From: an uncultured Verrucomicrobiae bacterium
GTDB taxonomy: Bacteria > Verrucomicrobiota > Verrucomicrobiia > Limisphaerales > Palsa-1400
DNA: 64,000 nucleotides
Assembly: GCA_963764165.1 (NCBI GenBank)
Contig: CAVXRD010000004.1
Coordinates: 608,001-672,000, forward strand
Direction: 5' to 3'
The notes below the pieces were generated by a model, which searched no databases, was not told the DNA's origin, and worked only from the letters and a program-made list of their open reading frames with translations. The translations under genes and the position numbers were made by a program. Positions 10,472-20,055 of this stretch are shown here, piece after piece. Each line of letters begins with the position of its first letter. The stretch's first letter is position 1.

Positions 10472-11770
10472 ATGCAGGAAGCCCTCGAATTTGATTTCTT
10501 TCCGGTTGAGAAAAAATCGCCGCCGCCGAAAGGTACGCCCGCGAAAGCGCCGTTGCTCCAGCAACTGGCGGAGTTTGACGAGTTCGGCGCCAAGACGCGC
10601 ATTTTGCAAACGGAAGCGAAGCTGTTTGATGGCGCGCCTGTTTCCGTTCCCACCGCGGTCAACGAATTCTGGACTTCAAAGCAGCGGGCGGCCAGCAGCT
10701 TGCATGAAGTCTCCTACCGCGCCTGCTTCAAACCGCAATTGCCGCGTTTTTTCATTCAACGCCTCACTGCTCCCGGCGAGATTGTTTACGATCCATTCAT
10801 GGGACGGGGAACCACGCTCGTTGAAGCTGCCTTGCTGGGCCGCGTGCCTTATGGCTGCGATGTCAATCCGCTAAGCGCCTGCCTCGCGGGGCCTCGGCTG
10901 AATCCTCCAACGCTGCCGGAAATCGAGAAACGCCTCGCGGGGATTGATTGGAACGATTCCGATGAAGCGCCGGCGGACTTGCTCGTGTTCTACCACCCGG
11001 AAACGCTCAAGCAAATTTCCGCGCTGAAAAAGTATCTTCTTCGACGCAAATCCGCCGCCCCGCTCGACGCGGTGGATGCGTGGATTCAGATGGTGGCGAT
11101 CAATCGGCTGACGGGCCATTCGCCAGGGTTTTTCTCCGTTTACACCATGCCGCCCAATCAGGCTGTCACCGTGCAAGTGCAACAGAAGATCAACGCGAAA
11201 CGAAATCAAACGCCGCCCGTCCGCAACGTCTCGCGCATCATTCTAAAAAAATCAAAACAACTCCTTGGCGATTGCACACAAACCGAACGGAACATTCTGC
11301 AAACCGTCGCAGGCAAATCCCTGTTGTTGACTGGCAAGAGCGACGCGACGCCGCAAATTCCAAGCGACTCTGTTTCACTGGCGGTCACTTCGCCGCCGTT
11401 TCTCGATGTCGTCAATTACGCGGGCGACAACTGGCTGCGCTGCTGGTTCATCGGCGTGGATTCGGCGGCGGTCGCGCTGACCGTTCCGAAGAAACTTGCC
11501 CAATGGCAGGAAGCGATGAGCGCTGTATTCCGCGAGTTGGCGCGTGTTCTTCGTCCGGGTGGGCATGTGGCGTTCGAAGTCGGCGAGGTGCGCGGCGGGA
11601 CGGTTCGCTTGGAGGAGGCTGTCGTTCCGTGCGGCGCCCAAGCCGGGCTGGATACGGAATTGATTTTGATCAACGACCAGAAATTCACCAAGACAGCCAA
11701 TTGCTGGGGGGTCGACAACAACGACAAGGGAACGAACACGAACCGAATCGTCCTTTTCAGAAAGCGGTAG
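10472..11770 (+). CDS. Amino (N4-C/N6-A) DNA methyltransferase
   Basis: Motif I YDPFMGRGTT, motif IV TSPPF, RVLRPGG. Confidence 0.85.
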   Translation: MQEALEFDFFPVEKKSPPPKGTPAKAPLLQQLAEFDEFGAKTRILQTEAKLFDGAPVSVPTAVNEFWTSKQRAASSLHEVSYRACFKPQLPRFFIQRLTAPGEIVYDPFMGRGTTLVEAALLGRVPYGCDVNPLSACLAGPRLNPPTLPEIEKRLAGIDWNDSDEAPADLLVFYHPETLKQISALKKYLLRRKSAAPLDAVDAWIQMVAINRLTGHSPGFFSVYTMPPNQAVTVQVQQKINAKRNQTPPVRNVSRIILKKSKQLLGDCTQTERNILQTVAGKSLLLTGKSDATPQIPSDSVSLAVTSPPFLDVVNYAGDNWLRCWFIGVDSAAVALTVPKKLAQWQEAMSAVFRELARVLRPGGHVAFEVGEVRGGTVRLEEAVVPCGAQAGLDTELILINDQKFTKTANCWGVDNNDKGTNTNRIVLFRKR

Positions 11771-11961
11771 CGCAAAGGGCGAGGATCCCCCTGACTCGCA
11801 TTACTCCCATTTCTCCAATGAAAATGGGACAGATCGGAGTAATGGGAATTATAGGGCGGCTCGACAGGCGCCTCGCCCTACCACGTCCAAATTCGCCGCA
11901 GTATTGTGCCGCGCAAGCGCGGTTGAATCGCGTCAAGCAAACGGATATACATGCGGGCGCG

Positions 11962-13116
11962 ATGTCCGCATTCGTTGTTTATCTCGTGGCCGCCGGCGTT
12001 GGATTCGCGGTGGCGCACTTTATCAGCCGCGCACCCGAGTTGCGCACAATGAGGCTTTCGCAGCTTGTCCTTGTTCCTGTGCTTTTTGTCGTCGCGGCCC
12101 ATTTGATCGCGCAGCCGCGGGCGCATTCGCAAATCGAAGGAATGGCGAATTTCATCGCGTTCGCCGGGGTCATGGGGTTTCTGGCTGTCCTGCTGGCGCC
12201 GAACATTGCTTATCACTGCGGCGCGGCGCTCTCGAATTTCCTCGATCCCACCGATTGGACGCCCGAGGAGGAGGAAATTGCGCTGCGCCCCATCCAGCAT
12301 TTGATCGACAGGAACCGCTACCACGAAGCTCTGACCGACCTAAAACTTCTTCTAGTCACTCACAAACCGACCTACGAAGCGCGCTTGATGGCGGCGAAAC
12401 TCCTGCATCATTGCGGGCAGTTGGACGAGTCGGTTTCCTCCCTCGTGAGCCTGATTGAACTCAGCCAGACTACTCCGCAACAGCTCGCCGCGATGGAACT
12501 TCTGGCCTTGCTCGAGGAATATCATCACGAAAAGTTGCCGAGCGGAAAGGCGGACACGGGCCGCATCCAAATCCGCCATGAATTGGTTTTGTTCCCCATC
12601 TCAGAGCAAGCGGTGGAACCTTACAAATTAATCGCACCCGGGACGCATGATGTGGAATCACTGTTTCACCGGAACCATCGCTGGCTGAAATTGAAAGGCA
12701 GCGAGTGGGGCAATGCCGAAATGTGCTGGCGCTCCATCGAGGGATCGCCCGGCGCGCCAGAGGCTGCGCCGCGGCGGAGCGTTTTCCGGCATGTCGCGCG
12801 GTTGCACCAATCAATCAGCCGTTGCCTGTATCGGAAGCCCTATTTGCGAAAACAAATGGAAGCCCAGGCGATGTTCAAAGAAGCCGGGCAGCTCATGCGC
12901 GAGGAAAAGTGGGCCGCGGCGGCGCCAATCCTGGAAAAGGCGGCATCACTCGACCCGGGCCGCTACGAAATCGCCTATCGGTGGCTGCAAGCAGTCGTCA
13001 GCGCTGGCAATTCCAGCGCCGCCGATTGCGCTCTGACGCAAATTCTCGAGCAAAGCCAATGGACTGAGTCGGAAGAGGAAATGCTCAAGCAGCTTCGCCG
13101 TTCTGGCGTTAAGTAG
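11962..13116 (+). CDS. Membrane protein with TPR-like C-terminal region, hypothetical
   Basis: Three N-terminal TM helices then helical repeats. Start reassigned to ATG 11962 because the upstream part of the ORF overlaps the MTase and repeats. Confidence 0.7.
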   Translation: MSAFVVYLVAAGVGFAVAHFISRAPELRTMRLSQLVLVPVLFVVAAHLIAQPRAHSQIEGMANFIAFAGVMGFLAVLLAPNIAYHCGAALSNFLDPTDWTPEEEEIALRPIQHLIDRNRYHEALTDLKLLLVTHKPTYEARLMAAKLLHHCGQLDESVSSLVSLIELSQTTPQQLAAMELLALLEEYHHEKLPSGKADTGRIQIRHELVLFPISEQAVEPYKLIAPGTHDVESLFHRNHRWLKLKGSEWGNAEMCWRSIEGSPGAPEAAPRRSVFRHVARLHQSISRCLYRKPYLRKQMEAQAMFKEAGQLMREEKWAAAAPILEKAASLDPGRYEIAYRWLQAVVSAGNSSAADCALTQILEQSQWTESEEEMLKQLRRSGVK

Positions 13117-13573
13117 CGGCGTGCCAATGAACGGTTCGGCAAGCGCAACCGATTATAATTTGCCCCTGCCGAATAAATTTTCTTGCAGTCCCATTAAATC
13201 ATGGTAATATAAGAATATGGAAATATCATTTGATGGGATTGGGGGCGGCGCGGCGGGCGCAGGCTGGCCTGGCGCCCGGCTGTTGGGCGTGGCTGCCTTC
13301 TGCGCAGGGAGGCGGGGCTCTTTTTGGGTATTTCTGACGCTGCTGTTTCGAGATGCAGCGGTTTTCCGCCAGGAGATGGGATGCGATCGGAATGGTCGAG
13401 CGCGAGTCTCTTTGCCGAAGTTGGTTTTCAGTCTGGCAGGCGCAGAATTGGGGATCGTGTGTTTGGCCGGTTCTGGATACGGGCAAGCCAGTCGCACCAA
13501 ATCGCACCTGTTTTTCGAAAAATCGACAATTCGCCACATGACAAACATTTGCCTGAAATTTTCCAAAAACCAC

Positions 13574-13628
13574 TTGACGACCACAACCCTTTGTTGTTAT
13601 CAAGGCGCAACACTACATTATGTAGCGG
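13574..13628 (+). promoter_or_regulatory. Putative nrdR promoter (-35 TTGACG) with two CACWAC-N5-GTWG palindromes
   Basis: TTGACG at 13574; CACAACcctttGTTGTT at 13582 and CACTACattatGTAGCG at 13611. Confidence 0.45.
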
Positions 13629-13640
13629 TTGTTAAACCCT

Positions 13641-14111
13641 ATGCGCTGTCCCAAGTGCGGCAATCAAGACGACAAAGTCATCGATTCGCGAGCCTCCCGC
13701 GAAGGATCGACTATTCGCCGTCGTCGCGAATGCCTCCAATGCGGTCATCGCTTCACCACTTACGAGGAAGTCGAACACGAAGGCCTTATGGTGGTCAAGC
13801 GCGACGGCAGACGCGAGGAGTTCTCGAAGGAAAAGCTGCTTTCCGGCTTGCGCAAAGCCTGCCAGAAGCGGCCCATCAGCCCCAAAGTCATCGAGGAGCT
13901 GGCGGAAAATATCATGGATGAAATCAGCGACAAATACGAGCGCGAAGTCCCCGGCATGGCCATCGGCGAACGCGTCATGGAAGGGCTCCGGCAAATCGAC
14001 AAAGTGGCTTATGTCCGCTTTGCCAGCGTTTACCGGCGTTTCGAGGAAGCGACCGAATTTGTCCGCGAAGTCAGAAAATTGGAGGCTAATCATGATTCAA
14101 CTAAAGAGTGA
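13641..14111 (+). CDS. nrdR: Transcriptional repressor NrdR
   Basis: MRCPKC...KVIDSR...IRRRRECLQCGHRFTTYE zinc ribbon, ATP cone, VAYVRFASVYRRF. Confidence 0.97.
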   Translation: MRCPKCGNQDDKVIDSRASREGSTIRRRRECLQCGHRFTTYEEVEHEGLMVVKRDGRREEFSKEKLLSGLRKACQKRPISPKVIEELAENIMDEISDKYEREVPGMAIGERVMEGLRQIDKVAYVRFASVYRRFEEATEFVREVRKLEANHDSTKE

Positions 14112-14673
14112 TTGTCTGATCATAAAAACGAGCGACGGCGAACAAATCCCCTGCTCGGCGGAATGGGTCACGTTTGAACTGATGGGCGACGACGCCAATC
14201 TGCTGGACCCGGAAATGGTGCGGCACGCCTCGGCGGCGGTGCTCCATTATTTCAAGACGGAACTTCAACGCTCGGCGGTTTCGGTGTCGGAATTCGCCCA
14301 GGCTTTGGAAAAGGTGCTGCGCAGTTTCGGCTTGAGCGTGACGGCGGATTGCCCGTTGGAAGCTTCGCCGCCAGCACCGGCCCCCGCCCAGCGCACGATT
14401 GAATTCAATCTCAACGAGCTGGCGACCAGCGCGGCACGAGAGAGTTTTGAATTGGTTTTCTTCCCCACCCTGCGCCAGGAAATGAAACGGCGGCTTGACG
14501 AATCGCCGAATGTCATCCGCTTTCACAATTTGCGCGATTGCGTCAAGAAATTGACGGGTGCGCAGCGATGGAACCTGCGATGCCAGAAGCTGCACGATCA
14601 GATCGTCGATTTTCTGCGCTCCTGCTGGGTGGCCGAGCCCGGCCGGCGCTCGTGCGCGCTGGTGGTGGTATGA
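14092..14673 (+). CDS. Hypothetical protein overlapping nrdR and the HIT gene
   Basis: GGAGG RBS then ATG 14092; overlaps both neighbours. Confidence 0.75.
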   Translation: MIQLKSDCLIIKTSDGEQIPCSAEWVTFELMGDDANLLDPEMVRHASAAVLHYFKTELQRSAVSVSEFAQALEKVLRSFGLSVTADCPLEASPPAPAPAQRTIEFNLNELATSAARESFELVFFPTLRQEMKRRLDESPNVIRFHNLRDCVKKLTGAQRWNLRCQKLHDQIVDFLRSCWVAEPGRRSCALVVV

Positions 14674-15008
14674 GCATTTTCAAAAAAATCATTGACAAAG
14701 AAATCCCGGCCGCAATTGTTTACGAAGATGACCTCGTGCTGGCCTTCCGCGACATAAGTCCGCAGGCGCCGACGCACATTGTCATGATTCCCAAGAAGGA
14801 AATCCGCCGCATCGGCGAAGCGCAAGCCGAGGACCATAAGCTTCTGGGCCATCTGCTTCTGAAGGCGGCTGCGGTGGCGGCGCAGCTTGGCTTGGACAAG
14901 ACGGGCTACCGCCTCGTAGTCAACAATGGTCCCGATGGCGGCGAAACTGTTCCCCATTTGCATTGCCACATCCTCGGCGGCCGTAAAATGGCGTGGCCTC
15001 CGGGCTAG
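14670..15008 (+). CDS. hinT: Histidine triad (HIT/Hint) nucleotide-binding protein
   Basis: [41 protein letters not shown]. Confidence 0.93.
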   Translation: MSIFKKIIDKEIPAAIVYEDDLVLAFRDISPQAPTHIVMIPKKEIRRIGEAQAEDHKLLGHLLLKAAAVAAQLGLDKTGYRLVVNNGPDGGETVPHLHCHILGGRKMAWPPG

Positions 15009-15039
15009 GCCCACGACAGCCGTGAAGCACAATTTCTAT

Positions 15040-15150
15040 GCAGCGCAGGTTTCAAAACCTGCTGTATCGCAGGCTTCCAAGCCTGCATGCGGTGTTGCGG
15101 CAAGCGGATTTGGAAATCCGCGATACAGCAGGTTTGGAAACCTGCGCTAC
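15040..15150. repeat. GTAG-type REP doublet (G[C/T]AGCGCAGGTTTC..AAACCTGCTGTATCGC ... GCGATACAGCAGGTTTGGAAACCTGCGCTAC)
   Basis: Long imperfect inverted repeat built of nested hairpins. Confidence 0.8.
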
Positions 15151-15183
15151 GGAAGACAGGCTGCCGCTGAATCCTTTTCCCAA

Positions 15184-15262
15184 GGTAGGGACGCCTCGCC
15201 GAGGCGTCCGGTTGCGTGTGAACAATGCCTCGCCCCGGACGCCTCGCCGAGGCGTCCCTACC
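15184..15262. repeat. GTAG-type REP doublet (GGTAGGGACGCCTCGCCGAGGCGTCC ... GGACGCCTCGCCGAGGCGTCCCTACC)
   Basis: Two hairpins in inverted orientation with GTAG/CTAC ends. Confidence 0.8.
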
Positions 15263-15266
15263 TCTC

Positions 15267-15872
15267 ATGATCGCCTACTTGAGCGGCCAATTGATTGAGG
15301 CTCTCCCGACCCAGGTGATCGTGGAGGTCGGCGGCGTGGGTTACGATGTCCTCATTCCACTCTCGTCGTTCGACAAATTGCCGCAACGCGGCCAGGCAAT
15401 TAAATTATTGACGCACCTTGTCGTCCGCGAGGATGCGCATATTCTCTACGGATTCATGTCCGAGGCGGAGCGAACGATGTTTCGGCTGCTCATCAATGCC
15501 GTCAGCGGGATCGGCCCCAAAACGGCGTTGAACATCCTCAGCGGCATCAGCGTGGCGGCGTTTCGCGGCGCGGTGGCCGGCGGCGATGTCAAAATGCTTT
15601 CGCAGATTTCCGGCGTTGGCAAAAAAACGGCGGAGCGGATCATTATTGAATTGAAGGACAAGATCGGTCCCGGCGGAGTGCTCGAAGCCCAAAGCGCCGC
15701 GCGCGCCTTGTCCATTCCTGAACAGAAGATCAACGACGCCGTGCTGGCCCTCATTGCGCTCGGCTTCAAGCCCGCCGAAGCCCATGAGACCGTTCGCGGG
15801 GCGCAGGCAGTGCTCGGGCCGGAGGCGGGCCTGGAGGATCTCGTCCGGGCGAGTTTGAAGAAAGGGGCGTAA
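15267..15872 (+). CDS. ruvA: Holliday junction branch migration protein RuvA
   Basis: MIAYLSG, GGVGY, VREDAHILYGF, SGIGPKTA, GVGKKTAERIIIELKDK. Confidence 0.97.
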   Translation: MIAYLSGQLIEALPTQVIVEVGGVGYDVLIPLSSFDKLPQRGQAIKLLTHLVVREDAHILYGFMSEAERTMFRLLINAVSGIGPKTALNILSGISVAAFRGAVAGGDVKMLSQISGVGKKTAERIIIELKDKIGPGGVLEAQSAARALSIPEQKINDAVLALIALGFKPAEAHETVRGAQAVLGPEAGLEDLVRASLKKGA

Positions 15873-16540
15873 TGGCGGAATCCGGCGTTGTTGTGCCTTA
15901 CGCGCTGCCGTGGCCCAAGCGGCTTGCGGCCGCCACCGTGGCGGCGCTGTTCTGGCTTTGCCGGAAAACATGGCGGGTGCGGTGGCGCGATTCCAGTGGG
16001 CCGCCGACTTCGGGCCATGTGATTTTCTGCATCTGGCATAACCGCTTCATGGCGGCGCTGGCGAGCTACGACACAGTTGCGCGCAAGCGCTGGCAGGCAA
16101 AGGGTCTTGCCGCGATCATCAGCGCCAGCCGCGACGGCAGCCTGGTGTCCGACGTGGCGGCGCGCCTCGGCGTGCAGCCGATTCGCGGCTCGACCAGCCG
16201 GCGCGGCCCGCAGGCGCTGCTCGAAGCAACGACATGGGTCGACAGGGATTACAACATCGCGTTTTTCTCCGACGGGCCGCGCGGGCCTGTTTACGAGGTC
16301 AAGGAAGGCATTATCGCGCTGGCGAAAATCACCGGCCGCCCGATTGTCCCGGTGTCCAATTTCACGAATTGGAAAATCCGGCTGGGCAGCTGGGATCGCT
16401 TTCAAATTCCCCTGCCTTTCGCCCGTTGCGACGCTTATTTTGGCGAGCCGATCTGGGTGCCGCGCGACGCCTCGGACGCCGAGCGGGAGCAGCTTCGCGA
16501 GAAATTGGAGAAGTCCATGCGGGCGATCACGAAGGACTAA
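15872..16540 (+). CDS. DUF374 / lysophospholipid acyltransferase family protein
   Basis: IWHNR, ISASRDG, RGSTSRRG, DGPRGP, SWDRFQIPLPF. Confidence 0.88.
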   Translation: MAESGVVVPYALPWPKRLAAATVAALFWLCRKTWRVRWRDSSGPPTSGHVIFCIWHNRFMAALASYDTVARKRWQAKGLAAIISASRDGSLVSDVAARLGVQPIRGSTSRRGPQALLEATTWVDRDYNIAFFSDGPRGPVYEVKEGIIALAKITGRPIVPVSNFTNWKIRLGSWDRFQIPLPFARCDAYFGEPIWVPRDASDAEREQLREKLEKSMRAITKD

Positions 16541-17064
16541 TCAGAGTGGTACATGTCCAGAACATTTCTTACGTACAGCTTCGTCGCGGGGAAGCCGATT
16601 TTCCGGATGAAATCAGCGCTGTTCGTCGCGCCGCCGCCGTCCAGCCATTTGAGGACGTTGCCGCGGCCGGCGTTGTATTCCGCGAGGGCAAATGGGATCG
16701 GGTCGTCGGCGATTTTGTAATGCTGGACGGCGTGCTTCAGATACCAGCTTCCTGCGAGAATGTTCGTCAGCGGATTGAGGCATTCCACATGCTCGAAATG
16801 GGAAATGTGCTCCGCGTATGCCCATTCGGAGGCGGCGACGTCCCTGATCTGCATCAGCCCAAGCTCGCCAGCGCGGCCCCGCACGGTGGGATCGAAATTG
16901 CTCTCTTGCCGGATGACCGAACGGATGAGGGCGGGTGGAAGCTGATAGCGCCTGGCCGCCTCGTTAATGAACGCGTCGAACCGGTGGGCGCGCCAATGAC
17001 GCCAGCCAATGACGGCGGACGCCGCCAACAATCCGAGCACAAGAGTGTAGCCAATCCGTTTCAC
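16537..17064 (-). CDS. Soluble lytic transglycosylase (SLT domain) with N-terminal TM anchor
   Basis: IRQESNFDP, GLMQI, NILAGSWYL, ALAEYNAG. GTG start inferred. Confidence 0.88.
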   Translation of the reverse strand: MKRIGYTLVLGLLAASAVIGWRHWRAHRFDAFINEAARRYQLPPALIRSVIRQESNFDPTVRGRAGELGLMQIRDVAASEWAYAEHISHFEHVECLNPLTNILAGSWYLKHAVQHYKIADDPIPFALAEYNAGRGNVLKWLDGGGATNSADFIRKIGFPATKLYVRNVLDMYHSD

Positions 17065-17110
17065 CGCAAATCCGTGGCAGGGATTCTGGATGGCTTTGGC
17101 TCGGACCGCA

Positions 17111-20023
17111 CTACCCTTTTTTCGGCTTCGGTCTCCCCGCCGGAACCGCGACCTGCGGACGGGAAGGAGGATTGGCCGGTGGCGCCGAATTTGCGGCCAC
17201 CGGAGCGGGCGTGGCAGGCACTGGGGCCACCGGAGCCGCTTCGCGTTCGGGATGCTTGCGCGTGACAATTAGAAATCCCGCCAGCAATGCGCCCGCCAAA
17301 ATCGCGCTGACGCTCACATAAAGCCCCGTGATCGACGGGCTGAATTTGAATTCAACCTTGTGCTGACCGGCAGTCAAATAAACGCCGCGCATGATGAAAT
17401 TGCACCGCAGCATTGGCGCGGGATTTCCATCGACTGTCACGCGCCAGTTTGAGTCCCAGCGGTCGTTCAAAAGAAGAACCGCGGCAGTCTTGGCGTTGGC
17501 GTCGAGTTTGACCACCTTCGGATGATACTCGGCAATCGTCACTTCTCCAGCGTCCGCCGTGGAATCTGACCTGGGTTGCGGCGGCGGAGTGTTCGTGGCA
17601 ATGAGCACTGTGTTCAACGGCTCAAAATCCTGGTTCGTCAACATTCCAAGCGTGGCGACATCGTTGGATGGCGTGAGCCAGTTGGAAAAGAGTTTTGCCC
17701 TCGGCAGCGCGCGATCGTACTCGATCATCGCGCAATCGCCCTTGCCCTGAGCTTCGACCACCGTGTAGTCGCTGATCTCAACCGCAGCCACCCCCGGCTT
17801 CTGCGTCGTTTTCATCAATTCCTTGAGCTTAAACGCATGGTGAATCGGATCGGCGCGGACGTTGAGCGTTTGCAATGCTCCAGCATTGCCGAAAAAGTAA
17901 CGCGTGTTGGTGAGCTGCCATAAGCGCGCCGCCGGGCGAAGATCGGTCGAGGCAATATCCGCGCCGACAAGCTCGAACGCCTTCAAGTAGACGCGATCCA
18001 GATCCGGCATGTGCGAGGCTTGGGAAAAATCCAGCGTCTGGATGTTGTGATACGGAAAATCATTTTGCAGCCAGAAGAAATAGAGCTGGCCAAGCCCCGG
18101 CTGAACGCCGCTTCCCGGTCCCCTCGGCTCCAGTTTGCCGATCACGCGGTGCTCCCAAGGTTTGTCAATCAAAAATTCGGTCGCCGCATTCATCACATAT
18201 TTCTCGCGGTAATCGTAATAGTGCAGCCAGGGAACATCGGCTCGCGCCAAATCCCAGATCATAAGGATGGCCATGCAGCTCCAGGCCCATTTCGATTCGC
18301 GCCCGGTCCACGCCCCGCAAAGAACCGCCGCGATTATGAGCATGCCGCCGAGAAGAAAGGCCACGAAAATGACGGCTTCCTCAAGCGTGAACGCGGATAT
18401 TTGCCTGGCCTGGTTCAGCGTGAACGATTGCTCCCGCAAATAACGCATATGATCATTTCGATCCATGGCCAGCAGGACGGTTCCAAGAATGGCCACGCCA
18501 GCGAAAGCGAGCATGAAGATCGCCCATTTGCGTTCAAATCCGACGGCGCGCTTCCACCATGTGTGAATCTGGCTAACGAGAACATCCGTTGATTTGTTCC
18601 CGTAGTTCCTCATGTAGCGGCGGTAGAGCACTTCCATTCCGTAGGCAGCGAGGATGATCCAGGCAATATGGAACGGATGCATGAACTTGATAGGATTTCG
18701 GATCGTCGAAAAATAAGGGAGCTTGTAAATGAATTGGTAAATAAATCCAAATCTTCCCCATGCCGCGAGCAGCGAAAACACCGCCACCGCGCCCCAGTAA
18801 ACGACCGACATCCATTCCGACTTTGAAAATACTCCCTCCGCTTTGCTGCGAAATATATTTGCCACTCCGAAAATGGCCAAGAGCGAGACGAGGACGCCCG
18901 CGCACTCACCCGAGCCGGAGTATCGCCAGTAAATGCCGCTCTTCCGCGTGATGTTTTGCAGTCCGGGGGTTCGCGAGAGGCGATCGGGCGTATCGAGATT
19001 TGTGCGGAACGCTTCGCCAAGCTTCATGGCGGTCAGCGCGTTCGAACGCACCACCGGATCGTCGCTGCCGAGAAGCGGAAGCTGCGGGGCCTGGCCGATT
19101 CTGCCCCAATAAGCCGAAGAGTGATTTGTCTCGTCGATATTGCCGCTGAGGCGATAGCCAAACAGCCCCGGCACCATGACTTGCAGCGACTCCGCTTTCG
19201 GCAAGCTCCATTGCGTGGCGGGATTCCAACGCGACTCCCTTGTTTGCTCGTCCTGATTCATTGCGGCGACGCCTTCAACTTCCGTCTCAACCAGGGTGTG
19301 CATTGTTTGATAAGCGATGACTGCCGCGAAAAGAACAACCAATGCGCCACCCACCGCCACGTTCACCGCCCTAGTGGCAAGGGGAGCGTTGTTGTTCACA
19401 AAGAGATGGAAGACTAGATAAACGCCCAAGTAAATACTAAGAATAGCCCCAACATCGTACCCCTCCATGACTCCCATGCCGACCGCCAATCCCGCAAGCA
19501 CAGCGCGCTCCCAGACGCGCGGGATGGCCTTCGCGTTCAGCGCCGCCATGGCCAAGAAGGTGCATGCGGCCGCCAACTCCCAATGGCCCAAACCCCAGCA
19601 GGCGATGGACAGAAAATGGCCGTTCAATCCCGCCGCCACGCCACCCAGAACGCACACCATCGGGCCGAAATTAAGCTGCCGGAAAAAGAGCCACGCCGAA
19701 AAACCCAAGAATAAAAGCGTCAGCGGCGCATACATTTTCAGAAACACCACTGGCGAAAGCACCGTCGCAAGCGACATCGTAATGCTCGGGGACGCTGCCG
19801 GGGCATCGCCGCCCAGCCATGCATTGTCCGTCCAGGTGCCGGTGAAGCGGCCCGGGAGGCGGTTGCACTCCACGACCCGCTCGCCAAGAGTGTGATCGTT
19901 GTCAAAAAGAATGTAGTGGGGATTGAGGCTTTGATGGAAAAGGCAGAGCAAGGCCGCGCCAAGCAACGCAAACAACAGCCAGCACTGGCTCGTTTGGCCT
20001 GATGTCCCGGAAACGTTACGCAT
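17111..20023 (-). CDS. YfhO-like polytopic membrane protein (putative GT-C glycosyltransferase)
   Basis: Many TM helices; RNPIKF; C-terminal WRVTVDG...NFIMRGVYLTAGQHKVEFKF. Confidence 0.8.
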   Translation of the reverse strand: MRNVSGTSGQTSQCWLLFALLGAALLCLFHQSLNPHYILFDNDHTLGERVVECNRLPGRFTGTWTDNAWLGGDAPAASPSITMSLATVLSPVVFLKMYAPLTLLFLGFSAWLFFRQLNFGPMVCVLGGVAAGLNGHFLSIACWGLGHWELAAACTFLAMAALNAKAIPRVWERAVLAGLAVGMGVMEGYDVGAILSIYLGVYLVFHLFVNNNAPLATRAVNVAVGGALVVLFAAVIAYQTMHTLVETEVEGVAAMNQDEQTRESRWNPATQWSLPKAESLQVMVPGLFGYRLSGNIDETNHSSAYWGRIGQAPQLPLLGSDDPVVRSNALTAMKLGEAFRTNLDTPDRLSRTPGLQNITRKSGIYWRYSGSGECAGVLVSLLAIFGVANIFRSKAEGVFSKSEWMSVVYWGAVAVFSLLAAWGRFGFIYQFIYKLPYFSTIRNPIKFMHPFHIAWIILAAYGMEVLYRRYMRNYGNKSTDVLVSQIHTWWKRAVGFERKWAIFMLAFAGVAILGTVLLAMDRNDHMRYLREQSFTLNQARQISAFTLEEAVIFVAFLLGGMLIIAAVLCGAWTGRESKWAWSCMAILMIWDLARADVPWLHYYDYREKYVMNAATEFLIDKPWEHRVIGKLEPRGPGSGVQPGLGQLYFFWLQNDFPYHNIQTLDFSQASHMPDLDRVYLKAFELVGADIASTDLRPAARLWQLTNTRYFFGNAGALQTLNVRADPIHHAFKLKELMKTTQKPGVAAVEISDYTVVEAQGKGDCAMIEYDRALPRAKLFSNWLTPSNDVATLGMLTNQDFEPLNTVLIATNTPPPQPRSDSTADAGEVTIAEYHPKVVKLDANAKTAAVLLLNDRWDSNWRVTVDGNPAPMLRCNFIMRGVYLTAGQHKVEFKFSPSITGLYVSVSAILAGALLAGFLIVTRKHPEREAAPVAPVPATPAPVAANSAPPANPPSRPQVAVPAGRPKPKKG

Positions 20024-20055
20024 AACGGTAGGTTTTCCCGATTTAACGTGAGAAA

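Noticed and set aside
11080..11961. N-terminal extension of the 678-aa ORF
   Set aside because: Overlaps the methyltransferase in another frame and crosses repeats; the protein-like sequence starts at 11962.
13153..13603. Several overlapping ORFs upstream of nrdR
   Set aside because: No motifs and atypical composition; treated as non-coding.
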